A DNA stretch of 32,000 bases from Longivirga aurantiaca. Lineage in GTDB: Bacteria; Actinomycetota; Actinomycetes; S36-B12; CAIYMF01. The stretch covers positions 990,001 to 1,022,000 of the forward strand of contig NZ_JBHSTI010000008.1 in NCBI RefSeq assembly GCF_042660085.1, read 5' to 3'. The position numbers were made by a program, and so were the translations under genes. Position 1 is the stretch's first letter. Each line of letters begins with the position of its first letter. A model generated the notes under the pieces. That model was not told where the DNA came from and did no database searches. It worked only from the letters and a program-made list of their open reading frames with translations. Positions 9,158 through 16,144 of the stretch are shown in pieces.

Positions 9158-10018
9158 ATGACCGACGAACTCACGTCCGTGGGCCAGATGGTCGCGCGCG
9201 CCCGTGCAGCGGCCGGCCTCACCGTGGCGCAGGTCGCCGCCACCACCCGCATCCGCGCCACGCTCGTGTCCGCGATCGAGCAGGACGACTTCCGCCTCTG
9301 CGGCGGCGACGTCTACGCCCGCGGCCACCTCAAGAGCATCGCGACAGCCGTGGGGCTCGACCCTGCCGACGTCGTGGCCCAGTTCGACGCCGACCGCGGC
9401 GCCCAGCGTCCGGTCAGCGCCCCGGTGCAGCCGGTGTCGACGCCCGTCAGCTCGTCCTCGTCGTCGGGCCGCTCGCTCGGTGCCCTCGCCGGCCCGCTCG
9501 GCGTCTCGGTCGAGTCCGGCCGTCGCGGCGGCGGCGCCAACTGGACCGCAGTCATGGCTCTGGCCCTCGTGGTGGTGATCGGCGTCGCCGTCATCTCGGC
9601 GCTGGGCAACCGCAACGGCAGCACCCCCACGGCGCAGCCCACGCCGTCCGCCTCCAGCACGCCGAGCGTGAGCCCGACCCCGACCGACTCCGCGACCGAG
9701 GAGCCGACGCCCGACCCGACCACCAGCCCGACCGACGTCGTGGCCGAGGCCGAGGGCGTCACGGTCGACCTGTCGATCACGGGCAAGGCCTCGTGGGTGC
9801 TCGTGACGAGCTCCTCGGGCAAGGAGCTCTACCAGGGCACGCTCACGACGGGCGACACCAAGACCTTCAAGGACGACAAGCTCATCAAGCTGGTGCTCGG
9901 CAACGCGGGCGCGGTCGCCCTCACGGTCAACGGCCGCGACCTCGGCGCCCCCGGCGGCAACGGCGCGGTCGTGAAGACCGAGTTCGGCCCCGGCGACCCC
10001 AACGGCCAGGCGGGCTGA
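9158..10018 (+). CDS. RodZ-like protein: N-terminal XRE-type HTH, one TM segment, Pro/Ser/Thr-rich linker and a DUF4115-like C-terminal domain
   Basis: ATG 9158 is preceded by GGGAGG at a 7-nt spacing. HTH: GLTVAQVAATTRIRATLVSAIEQDDF. TM: WTAVMALALVVVIGVAVISAL. C-terminus: WVLVTSSSGKELYQGTL...VLGNAGAVALTVNG. Its position between ftsK and rimO matches Streptomyces. Confidence 0.7.
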   Translation: MTDELTSVGQMVARARAAAGLTVAQVAATTRIRATLVSAIEQDDFRLCGGDVYARGHLKSIATAVGLDPADVVAQFDADRGAQRPVSAPVQPVSTPVSSSSSSGRSLGALAGPLGVSVESGRRGGGANWTAVMALALVVVIGVAVISALGNRNGSTPTAQPTPSASSTPSVSPTPTDSATEEPTPDPTTSPTDVVAEAEGVTVDLSITGKASWVLVTSSSGKELYQGTLTTGDTKTFKDDKLIKLVLGNAGAVALTVNGRDLGAPGGNGAVVKTEFGPGDPNGQAG

Positions 10019-10062
10019 CCGTCCCGGTCCGCCGCCGCGTCGGAGTCGACGCGCCCAGCCCG

Positions 10063-10068
10063 TAGGCT
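10063..10068 (+). promoter_or_regulatory. -10-like hexamer TAGGCT, 7 nt upstream of the rimO ATG (leaderless-type start)
   Basis: TAGGCT-ctgcccc-ATG, with no SD sequence. Confidence 0.4.
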
Positions 10069-10075
10069 CTGCCCC

Positions 10076-11551
10076 ATGACGACGCCGTCCGCCACCCCTC
10101 TGCGCCGCGTCGCCCTCGTCACCCTCGGCTGCGCGCGCAACGAGGTCGACTCCGAGGAGCTCGCCGGCCGCCTCGAGGCGGACGGCTGGGAGCTCGTCGA
10201 GGACGCCGCCGACGCGGACGCCGTGGTGGTCAACACCTGCGGGTTCGTCGAGCAGGCCAAGAAGGACAGCGTCGACGCCCTGCTCGAGGCCGCCGACCTC
10301 AAGGAGACCGGGCGCCCGCAGGCGGTCGTCGCGGTGGGCTGCCTCGCCGAGCGGTACGGCGACCAGCTCGCCGACTCGCTGTCCGAGGCCGACGCCGTGC
10401 TCGGCTTCGACGACTACGCCGACATCGGCGAGCGCCTGCGCCGCATCGTCGCCGGTGAGCAGCACGTGCCGCACGCTCCGCGCGACCGCCGTCTGCTCCT
10501 GCCGATCTCCCCGGTCGAGCGCTCGGAGTCAGGCGTCGCCCTGCCGGGTCACGCGCAGGTCGACGAGCCCGACCTCCCCGAGGGCGTCGCGCCCGCCTCC
10601 GGTCCCCGTGTCGTACGCCGTCGCCTCGGGTCGGGCCCGAGCGCCCCGCTCAAGCTCGCGAGCGGCTGCGACCGCCGGTGCGCGTTCTGCGCGATCCCGT
10701 CGTTCCGAGGATCGTTCGTGTCGCGGCGTCCGTCCGACGTGATCGACGAGGCGCGCTGGCTCGCGACCCAGGGCGTGCGCGAGCTCGTGCTCGTGAGCGA
10801 GAACTCCACGTCGTACGGCAAGGACCTCGGCGACCTGCGCCTGCTCGAGACGCTCCTTCCCGAGCTCGCCGCGATCGAAGGCATCGACTGGGTGCGCGTC
10901 TCCTACCTCCAGCCGGCCGAGACGCGGCCCACGCTGCTGCAGGCCATCGCGAAGACCCCGGGCGTCGTGCCCTACTTCGACCTCTCGTTCCAGCACTCAT
11001 CACCCACGGTGCTGCGTCGCATGCGCCGCTTCGGCGGCACCGAGTCGTTCCTCGAGCTGCTGTCGTCGGCGCGGGCGCTGCTGCCCGAGGCCGGCGCGCG
11101 CAGCAACGTGATCGTGGGCTTCCCGGGCGAGACCGAGGAGGACGTCGAGGAGCTCGAGCGGTTCCTGGTCGCCGCGCGGCTCGACGCCGTCGGCGTCTTC
11201 GGCTACTCCGACGAGGACGGCACCGAGGCAGCGACGTACGACGGCAAGCTCGACGACGAGGTCGTGCGCGCCCGCGTCGAGCGCATGACGGCCCTGGTCG
11301 AGGAGCTCACCTCGCAGCGCGCGGAGGACCGCATCGGCCAGACCGTGCAGGTGCTCGTCGAGGCGATCGGCGACGACGGCGTCGAGGGCCGCAGCGCCCA
11401 CCAGGCGCCGGAGGTCGACGGCCTCACCTTCCTCGTCGACGGCGTCGTGCCGGCGTCCTCGCTCTCGGTGGGCGACCTGGTCACCGCCACCGTGACGGCG
11501 TCGGAGGGCGTCGACCTCGTGGCCGCCGTGACCGCGGTGGTCCCGCGGTGA
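10076..11551 (+). CDS. rimO: Radical-SAM methylthiotransferase, ribosomal protein S12 methylthiotransferase RimO type
   Basis: N-terminal MTTase domain ([16 protein letters not shown]), radical-SAM [11 protein letters not shown] and a C-terminal TRAM-like region. Synteny rimO-pgsA-cinA is conserved. The RimO versus MiaB assignment rests on synteny and overall resemblance. Confidence 0.85.
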   Translation: MTTPSATPLRRVALVTLGCARNEVDSEELAGRLEADGWELVEDAADADAVVVNTCGFVEQAKKDSVDALLEAADLKETGRPQAVVAVGCLAERYGDQLADSLSEADAVLGFDDYADIGERLRRIVAGEQHVPHAPRDRRLLLPISPVERSESGVALPGHAQVDEPDLPEGVAPASGPRVVRRRLGSGPSAPLKLASGCDRRCAFCAIPSFRGSFVSRRPSDVIDEARWLATQGVRELVLVSENSTSYGKDLGDLRLLETLLPELAAIEGIDWVRVSYLQPAETRPTLLQAIAKTPGVVPYFDLSFQHSSPTVLRRMRRFGGTESFLELLSSARALLPEAGARSNVIVGFPGETEEDVEELERFLVAARLDAVGVFGYSDEDGTEAATYDGKLDDEVVRARVERMTALVEELTSQRAEDRIGQTVQVLVEAIGDDGVEGRSAHQAPEVDGLTFLVDGVVPASSLSVGDLVTATVTASEGVDLVAAVTAVVPR

Positions 11552-12156
11552 AGCCGCCGCCGCTGGACCACGTCGCCGACCCGGTCCAGTCGCCGTCCGC
11601 GTTGAACCTGCCCAACGCGCTCACCATGCTGCGCCTGCTGCTCGTGCCGGTGTTCGCGTGGCTGCTGCTGCGCGAGGGCGGCGACGACTCTACGTCGCGC
11701 GTGTGGGCGGCCGTGGTCTTCGTGTTCGCCGCCGGAACAGACTTCGTCGACGGCGAGCTCGCGCGTCGCATGAACCTCGTGACCACGTTCGGCAAGGTGG
11801 TCGACCCGATCGCCGACAAGGCGCTCACCGGCACCGCGCTCGTCGGCCTCAGCTACCTCGGCGACCTCCCGTGGTGGGTCACCGTCGTGATCCTCGTGCG
11901 CGAGATCGGCGTGACGCTGCTGCGCTTCGCCGTCATCAAGTACGGCGTCATCGCGGCCAGCCGGGGCGGCAAGGCCAAGACCCTCGCGCAGATGCTCGCG
12001 ATCCTCATGTACCTCCTGCCGCTGTCGGGCTGGCTGGTCACCGCGCGCACCGGCGTGATGCTCGTCGCCGTCGTCCTCACGGTCGTGACAGGAGTCGACT
12101 ACCTGCTGCGCGCCCTGCGTCTGCGCCGCGAGTCGCGCGCACAGGCTGCAGCGTGA
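11548..12156 (+). CDS. pgsA: CDP-diacylglycerol--glycerol-3-phosphate 3-phosphatidyltransferase
   Basis: The GTG start overlaps the rimO stop (GTGA). The CDP-alcohol phosphatidyltransferase motif is [27 protein letters not shown]. The protein is a multi-TM type. Confidence 0.9.
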   Translation: MKPPPLDHVADPVQSPSALNLPNALTMLRLLLVPVFAWLLLREGGDDSTSRVWAAVVFVFAAGTDFVDGELARRMNLVTTFGKVVDPIADKALTGTALVGLSYLGDLPWWVTVVILVREIGVTLLRFAVIKYGVIAASRGGKAKTLAQMLAILMYLLPLSGWLVTARTGVMLVAVVLTVVTGVDYLLRALRLRRESRAQAAA

Positions 12157-12650
12157 GCCAGCCGACGTCGCTCGAGACTGCCGCGCAGCTCGTGCGCGTG
12201 CTCGAGCAGCAGGGCCGCACGCTCGCCGTCGCCGAGTCGCTCACGGGCGGCCTCGTCGCCGCGACGATCGTCGGGGTGCCCGGCGCCTCGAAGGTCTTCC
12301 GCGGGGGAGTCGTGGCGTACGCGACCGAGATCAAGGCGAGCGTCCTCGGCGTCGACGCCGGGCTCATCGAGCGGGTCGGCGCGGTCGACCCCGACGTCGC
12401 CGACGAGATGGCGTACGGCGTCGCGCGCCTGCTCGGTGCCGACTACGGCCTCGCCACCACCGGGGTCGCCGGGCCGGACCCTCAGGACGGCCAGCCGGTC
12501 GGCACGGTGTGGATCTCCGTGGTGGGCCCCGAGGGCGCCCAGGCGGCCACGATCGGCCTCGAGCTCGACCCGGCGCTCGGCCGCCAGGGCATCCGCGAGG
12601 CGGCCCTGGACGAGGCCCTCTCCGCAGCCCTCGACCACATCGCGCTCTGA
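12153..12650 (+). CDS. CinA-family protein, C-terminal PncC-type nicotinamide-nucleotide amidohydrolase domain only (165 aa)
   Basis: The GTG start overlaps the pgsA stop (GTGA). It carries the LAVAESLTGGL and GLATTGVAGP motifs. Confidence 0.85.
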   Translation: MSQPTSLETAAQLVRVLEQQGRTLAVAESLTGGLVAATIVGVPGASKVFRGGVVAYATEIKASVLGVDAGLIERVGAVDPDVADEMAYGVARLLGADYGLATTGVAGPDPQDGQPVGTVWISVVGPEGAQAATIGLELDPALGRQGIREAALDEALSAALDHIAL

Positions 12651-12671
12651 CCGACCCGGTTTCACCCGCAC

Positions 12672-12712
12672 AGGACGGAAACCGCCCTTCACGGGCGTGT
12701 TCCGTCCTTTCT
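12672..12712 (+). terminator. Rho-independent terminator candidate for the rimO-pgsA-cinA unit
   Basis: AGGACGGAA...TTCCGTCCT is a 9-bp outer stem, with an inner CGCCC/GGGCG stem. It is followed by TTTCT and starts 22 nt after the cinA stop. Confidence 0.65.
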
Positions 12713-12753
12713 CGCTGCGCGTCACCAGGCGGCGTCGACGGCCCGCCTCGTCC

Positions 12754-12759
12754 TAGGGT
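12754..12759 (+). promoter_or_regulatory. -10-like hexamer TAGGGT, 7 nt upstream of the GNAT ATG (leaderless-type start)
   Basis: TAGGGT-cggccgc-ATG, with no SD sequence. Confidence 0.4.
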
Positions 12760-12766
12760 CGGCCGC

Positions 12767-13315
12767 ATGGTGAGGATCCGGCCCGAGACCGACGACGACC
12801 TCGACGCCGTCCACCGCGTCCATGCCGAGGCCTTCGGCCACGAGCCGGTCGTGGCCGACCTCCTCGCACCGCTGCGCGCCCGGATCGCGCCCCTGCCGGC
12901 GATCGGCTTCGTGGCGGAGGACGAGGGCGACGTCGTCGGCCACGTGCTCGTCACCCACGCGTGGCTCGACGCCCCCCGCAGGCTGGTCGACGTGCACGTG
13001 CTCTCCCCGCTCGGCGTCCTGCCCTCGGAGCAGGGCCGGGGGATCGGGTCGGCGCTGGTCCGGGCCGCCGTTGCCGAGAGCGACCGGCTCGGGGTGCCGG
13101 CGCTGTTCCTCGAGGGCGACCCGGCGTACTACTCCCGCCTCGGGTTCCGGGCGGGCGGCCCGCTGGGGTTCCGCGAGCCGTCGCTGCGCATCCCTCCGGC
13201 GGCGTTCCAGGTGGTGCTGGGGTCGGCGTACGAGCCCTGGATGACCGGCACGCTCGTCTACCCGGACGTCTTCTGGGCGTACGACGCGGTCGGGCTCCGC
13301 GACCCGGACGCCTGA
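12767..13315 (+). CDS. GNAT family N-acetyltransferase
   Basis: I start it at ATG 12767 because the track start at 12509 overlaps cinA. The acetyl-CoA loop is [11 protein letters not shown]. At 182 aa it has a YhbS-like layout. Confidence 0.75.
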   Translation: MVRIRPETDDDLDAVHRVHAEAFGHEPVVADLLAPLRARIAPLPAIGFVAEDEGDVVGHVLVTHAWLDAPRRLVDVHVLSPLGVLPSEQGRGIGSALVRAAVAESDRLGVPALFLEGDPAYYSRLGFRAGGPLGFREPSLRIPPAAFQVVLGSAYEPWMTGTLVYPDVFWAYDAVGLRDPDA

Positions 13316-13353
13316 CGTCAGGGGACCCGGCCGGATTCCAGGTGGCGGGATGC

Positions 13354-13382
13354 GGGAACAGGGGCGCAGGATCAGAGCGTTG
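13354..13382 (+). promoter_or_regulatory. ECF sigma (SigH/SigE-type) promoter candidate GGGAACA-N17-CGTTG upstream of clgR
   Basis: It matches the published gGGAAYA-N16-17-cGTT consensus. Orientation is correct and it is intergenic, about 250 nt upstream of the clgR start. Confidence 0.55.
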
Positions 13383-13629
13383 CACCCTGCACGAACGCTC
13401 GCCGAACACCGCGACGGCCACCTCGACCGCCGCACCCGAACCCCCGGATCGGATGCCCTCAGTGATCACTGCCCCGCCCGCCGTCGGCCCCGCGCGACGC
13501 GCCGACGTACGCCGTCCGGGTGCCCTCGGTGCGTCGGAGGGTGACGCCCGGTACCGTGGTGCCCGTCACACCGGTGCTCCCGTGCCTGCGGGCGCCCGGC
13601 CGATCGAGCCCTCGAGGGGAGGTGCGCCC

Positions 13630-13923
13630 GTGATCGTGCTCCGCCGCGTCATCGGTGACGAGCTCCGTCGCCGCCGTCAGGACCAGGGCCGCACCCTGCG
13701 CGAGGTCTCCTCGGCAGCCCGTGTCTCGCTCGGCTACCTCTCCGAGGTCGAGCGCGGCCAGAAGGAGGCCAGCAGCGAGCTGCTCGCCTCGATCTGCACC
13801 GCCCTGGACGTCCCCCTCGCCATCGTGCTCCGCTCGGTGAGCGACGAGGTCGCGATCCTCGAGGGCGTCGCCCCGGTCACCGAGCTGCCCGTCGCCGCCG
13901 ACTCCGTCGTCGCGGCCGCCTGA
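13630..13923 (+). CDS. clgR: ClgR-like Cro/CI-type HTH transcriptional regulator
   Basis: GTG 13630 is preceded by GGGGAGG. The [44 protein letters not shown] block closely resembles actinobacterial ClgR. Its position downstream of pgsA-cinA fits. Confidence 0.8.
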   Translation: MIVLRRVIGDELRRRRQDQGRTLREVSSAARVSLGYLSEVERGQKEASSELLASICTALDVPLAIVLRSVSDEVAILEGVAPVTELPVAADSVVAAA

Positions 13924-13931
13924 TCCTCCCC

Positions 13932-14513
13932 GTGCCCGATCGTTCCCCGCGCTCGCGCGCGGGCAACGCCATGGGCCGCACCCGCACCGCCGCGCTCGAG
14001 GGCGCCCGTCGCGTCCTCGCCGAGCACGGCCTGCGCAAGGCCACCATGAGCGACGTCGCCGTGCGCGGCGGCCTGGCCAAGGCCACGCTCTACAACCACT
14101 TCCGCACCAAGGACGACCTCGTCGCGGGCCTCCTCCACGACGACGTCGCCGAGCTCGCCGCCGACTGCCGCGACCTCGCGGCGTCCGACCTCGGCGTCGC
14201 CCTCACCCGCGCCGCCGACGGCGTCGCCACCCACCCCGTGATCGTCGGCCTCCGCTCGGTCGAGCCCACCGCACTGCTTGCGCTCGCCGCGCCCGGCGCG
14301 GGTGAGGCGTGGGACGCCGTCCGCGCCGAGGTGGCCGCGCTGCTCGACGCCGGCGAGCGCGTGTCGGGCCCGTCGCACGTCGACCTCGTCTGCCGCTGGC
14401 TCGCGGGCCACGTGCTCGAGCCCGGCTCGCAGGCCTCGCGCGAGGCCGGTGCGGCCCTGCTCGCCGCGGGCCTGCCCGCCGCCGTCCGCACCACCACCTT
14501 CGCCACCCCCTAG
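13932..14513 (+). CDS. TetR family transcriptional regulator
   Basis: The HTH is ATMSDVAVRGGLAKATLYNHFRTKDDL. The gene starts 8 nt after clgR, so co-transcription is likely. The start is uncertain: GTG 13932 or ATG 13971. Confidence 0.8.
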   Translation: MPDRSPRSRAGNAMGRTRTAALEGARRVLAEHGLRKATMSDVAVRGGLAKATLYNHFRTKDDLVAGLLHDDVAELAADCRDLAASDLGVALTRAADGVATHPVIVGLRSVEPTALLALAAPGAGEAWDAVRAEVAALLDAGERVSGPSHVDLVCRWLAGHVLEPGSQASREAGAALLAAGLPAAVRTTTFATP

Positions 14514-14520
14514 CTCGCAC

Positions 14521-14576
14521 TGATCGATCCGTCGCTTCCTGCACCGGGAGGCGACGGATCGACCAGTGTCAGCGAC
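14521..14576. repeat. 56-nt palindromic intergenic element, copy 1 (the other copy is at 30258-30313)
   Basis: TGATCGATCCGTCGCTTCC...CGACGGATCGACCAGTGTCAGCGAC. It is 47/56 identical and gap-free with copy 2. It lies between convergent TetR(+) and nei(-), and its 3' end overlaps the nei stop codon. Confidence 0.75.
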
Positions 14577-15384
14577 GGCGGGTTCGGCGCAGGGGCTCGG
14601 GATGCGGGCCGGGCTGGCAGCGCGGGCACCAGGCCGTGGCCCGGTCGTACGGCGGACCACCCTGCTGCGCCGTCTCGATCGTCGTGCCGCAGCGCAGGCA
14701 CGGCCTTCCCGCACGGCCGTAGACCCAGTGCTCGGTCCGCGGGTCGCCCGTCGTCGACTGCGACGCGTGCACCTTGTTGCGCTCGAGCCAGCGCCGCGCG
14801 ATGTCGACCAGCGCGCCGACGTCGCCGACATCGCCTACTGGCGTCCACGGCGAGACCCTGCCGGCGAAGAGCGTCTCTGCCTTGTAGATGTTGCCGATGC
14901 CGGCGAGGTTCGACTGGTCGAGCAGCGCCTGCCCGATCTCGCGCGCCGGGTCGGCGAGCAGCCGTCGTACGGCCTCGTCGCGGTCGAACGACGGGTCGAG
15001 CAGGTCGGGCCCGAGATGGCCGACCACGTCGGCCTCGTGTCCGGTCTCGACGAGCTCGAGCACGGGCATGCGGTAGCCGATCGCGTCCCACGACGCGGTG
15101 GAGAGCACCACGCGGACCTGCCAGTCGGGCCCGCCGGTCCACCGGGCTCCGGGCCGGTGCAGGTGCCACATGCCGTCCATGCGCAGGTGCGTGTGCAGCG
15201 TGAGGCCGCCCTCGACGCGCGTGAGGATGTGCTTGCCGCGCGGCCGGGTCTCGAGCACGCGGCGTCCGACCAGGTCGGCGGTCGCCAGCTGCGGCACGCG
15301 GAAGTCGCTGCGGGTCAGCAGGTCGCCCGACAGTGCGTCGTCGAGCCGCGTGGCCACCAGCCACACGGTGTCGCCCTCCGGCAT
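14569..15384 (-). CDS. nei: Fpg/Nei family DNA glycosylase (endonuclease VIII-like)
   Basis: ATG 15384 is preceded by GGAGGAGG. The N-terminus is MPEGDTV (catalytic Pro2/Glu3). The H2TH region is NLAGIGNIYKAE. The C-terminal zinc finger is CLRCG...CPRC. Confidence 0.85.
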   Translation of the reverse strand: MPEGDTVWLVATRLDDALSGDLLTRSDFRVPQLATADLVGRRVLETRPRGKHILTRVEGGLTLHTHLRMDGMWHLHRPGARWTGGPDWQVRVVLSTASWDAIGYRMPVLELVETGHEADVVGHLGPDLLDPSFDRDEAVRRLLADPAREIGQALLDQSNLAGIGNIYKAETLFAGRVSPWTPVGDVGDVGALVDIARRWLERNKVHASQSTTGDPRTEHWVYGRAGRPCLRCGTTIETAQQGGPPYDRATAWCPRCQPGPHPEPLRRTRRR

Positions 15385-15416
15385 GCCACCTCCTCCTGTC
15401 CGCGCCCAGCCTTCCG

Positions 15417-15445
15417 GGGAACACGGCTGCGCGCGACCCGCGTTA
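15417..15445 (+). promoter_or_regulatory. ECF sigma (SigH/SigE-type) promoter candidate GGGAACA-N17-CGTTA upstream of the reductase gene
   Basis: It has the same heptamer and the same 17-nt spacer as the clgR site. It lies about 34 nt upstream of ATG 15479, with GGGAGG between them. Confidence 0.55.
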
Positions 15446-15478
15446 GGGACACCATCAGGGGATGGACTGGGAGGTCGC

Positions 15479-16144
15479 ATGAGGATCGCAGTTCTCGGCA
15501 CGGGAGTGGTCGGTGCAGCGCTCGGCACCCGTCTGGTGCAGACCGGGCACGAGGTGCGGATGGGCTCGCGCACCGCGGGCAACGAGAAGGCCCAGGCCTG
15601 GGTCGCCGCCACCGGTGCCGGCGCGAGCGAGGGAACGTTCGCCGATGCCGCGGCGTACGGCGAGGTCGTGGTCAACGCCACCGGCGGGCTCGTGTCGCTC
15701 GACGCGCTGACCGCTGCCGGCGCCGACAACCTCGCGGGCAAGGTGCTGCTCGACATCGCCAACCCGCTCGACTTCTCGGGCGGCTTCCCGCCGAAGGTCC
15801 TGCAGCCCGACGGCCGCAGCCTCGGCGAGCAGATCCAGGCGGCGTTCCCGGACACCCGGGTGGTCAAGACGCTCAACACGATGAACGCCGATGTCATGGT
15901 GCATCCCCGCGCGCTCGCGGGGCCGCACTCGGTCTTCGTGGCCGGGGACGACGCCGACGCCAAGGCCGTCGCGCGCGACCTGCTGCTGGGCTTCGGCTGG
16001 ACCGACGACGAGGTCGTCGACGCCGGAGGCATCGCCGCCTCGCGCGGCCTCGAGCTCTACCTGCCGCTGTGGCTCTCGCTCATGGGCTCGTTCGGCACGC
16101 CGTCGTTCAACATCGCCGTCGTCCGCGCGCAGGTCGTCGCCTAG
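15479..16144 (+). CDS. NAD(P)-binding oxidoreductase, NADPH-dependent F420 reductase (Npd/FNO)-like
   Basis: ATG 15479 is preceded by an SD (GGGAGG). The Rossmann motif is RIAVLGTGVVGAALG. The 221-aa length and overall resemblance fit that family. The substrate cannot be inferred. Confidence 0.6.
   Translation: MRIAVLGTGVVGAALGTRLVQTGHEVRMGSRTAGNEKAQAWVAATGAGASEGTFADAAAYGEVVVNATGGLVSLDALTAAGADNLAGKVLLDIANPLDFSGGFPPKVLQPDGRSLGEQIQAAFPDTRVVKTLNTMNADVMVHPRALAGPHSVFVAGDDADAKAVARDLLLGFGWTDDEVVDAGGIAASRGLELYLPLWLSLMGSFGTPSFNIAVVRAQVVA

Noticed and set aside
13454-13629. A possible longer ClgR starting at in-frame ATG 13454 (156 aa)
   Set aside because: GC3 of the extension is only about 74%, lower than the roughly 85-95% estimated by eye in the neighbouring genes. 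It is Arg/Pro/Gly-rich with no similarity to ClgR N-termini, and GTG 13630 has a good GGGGAGG SD. A longer form is not completely excluded.
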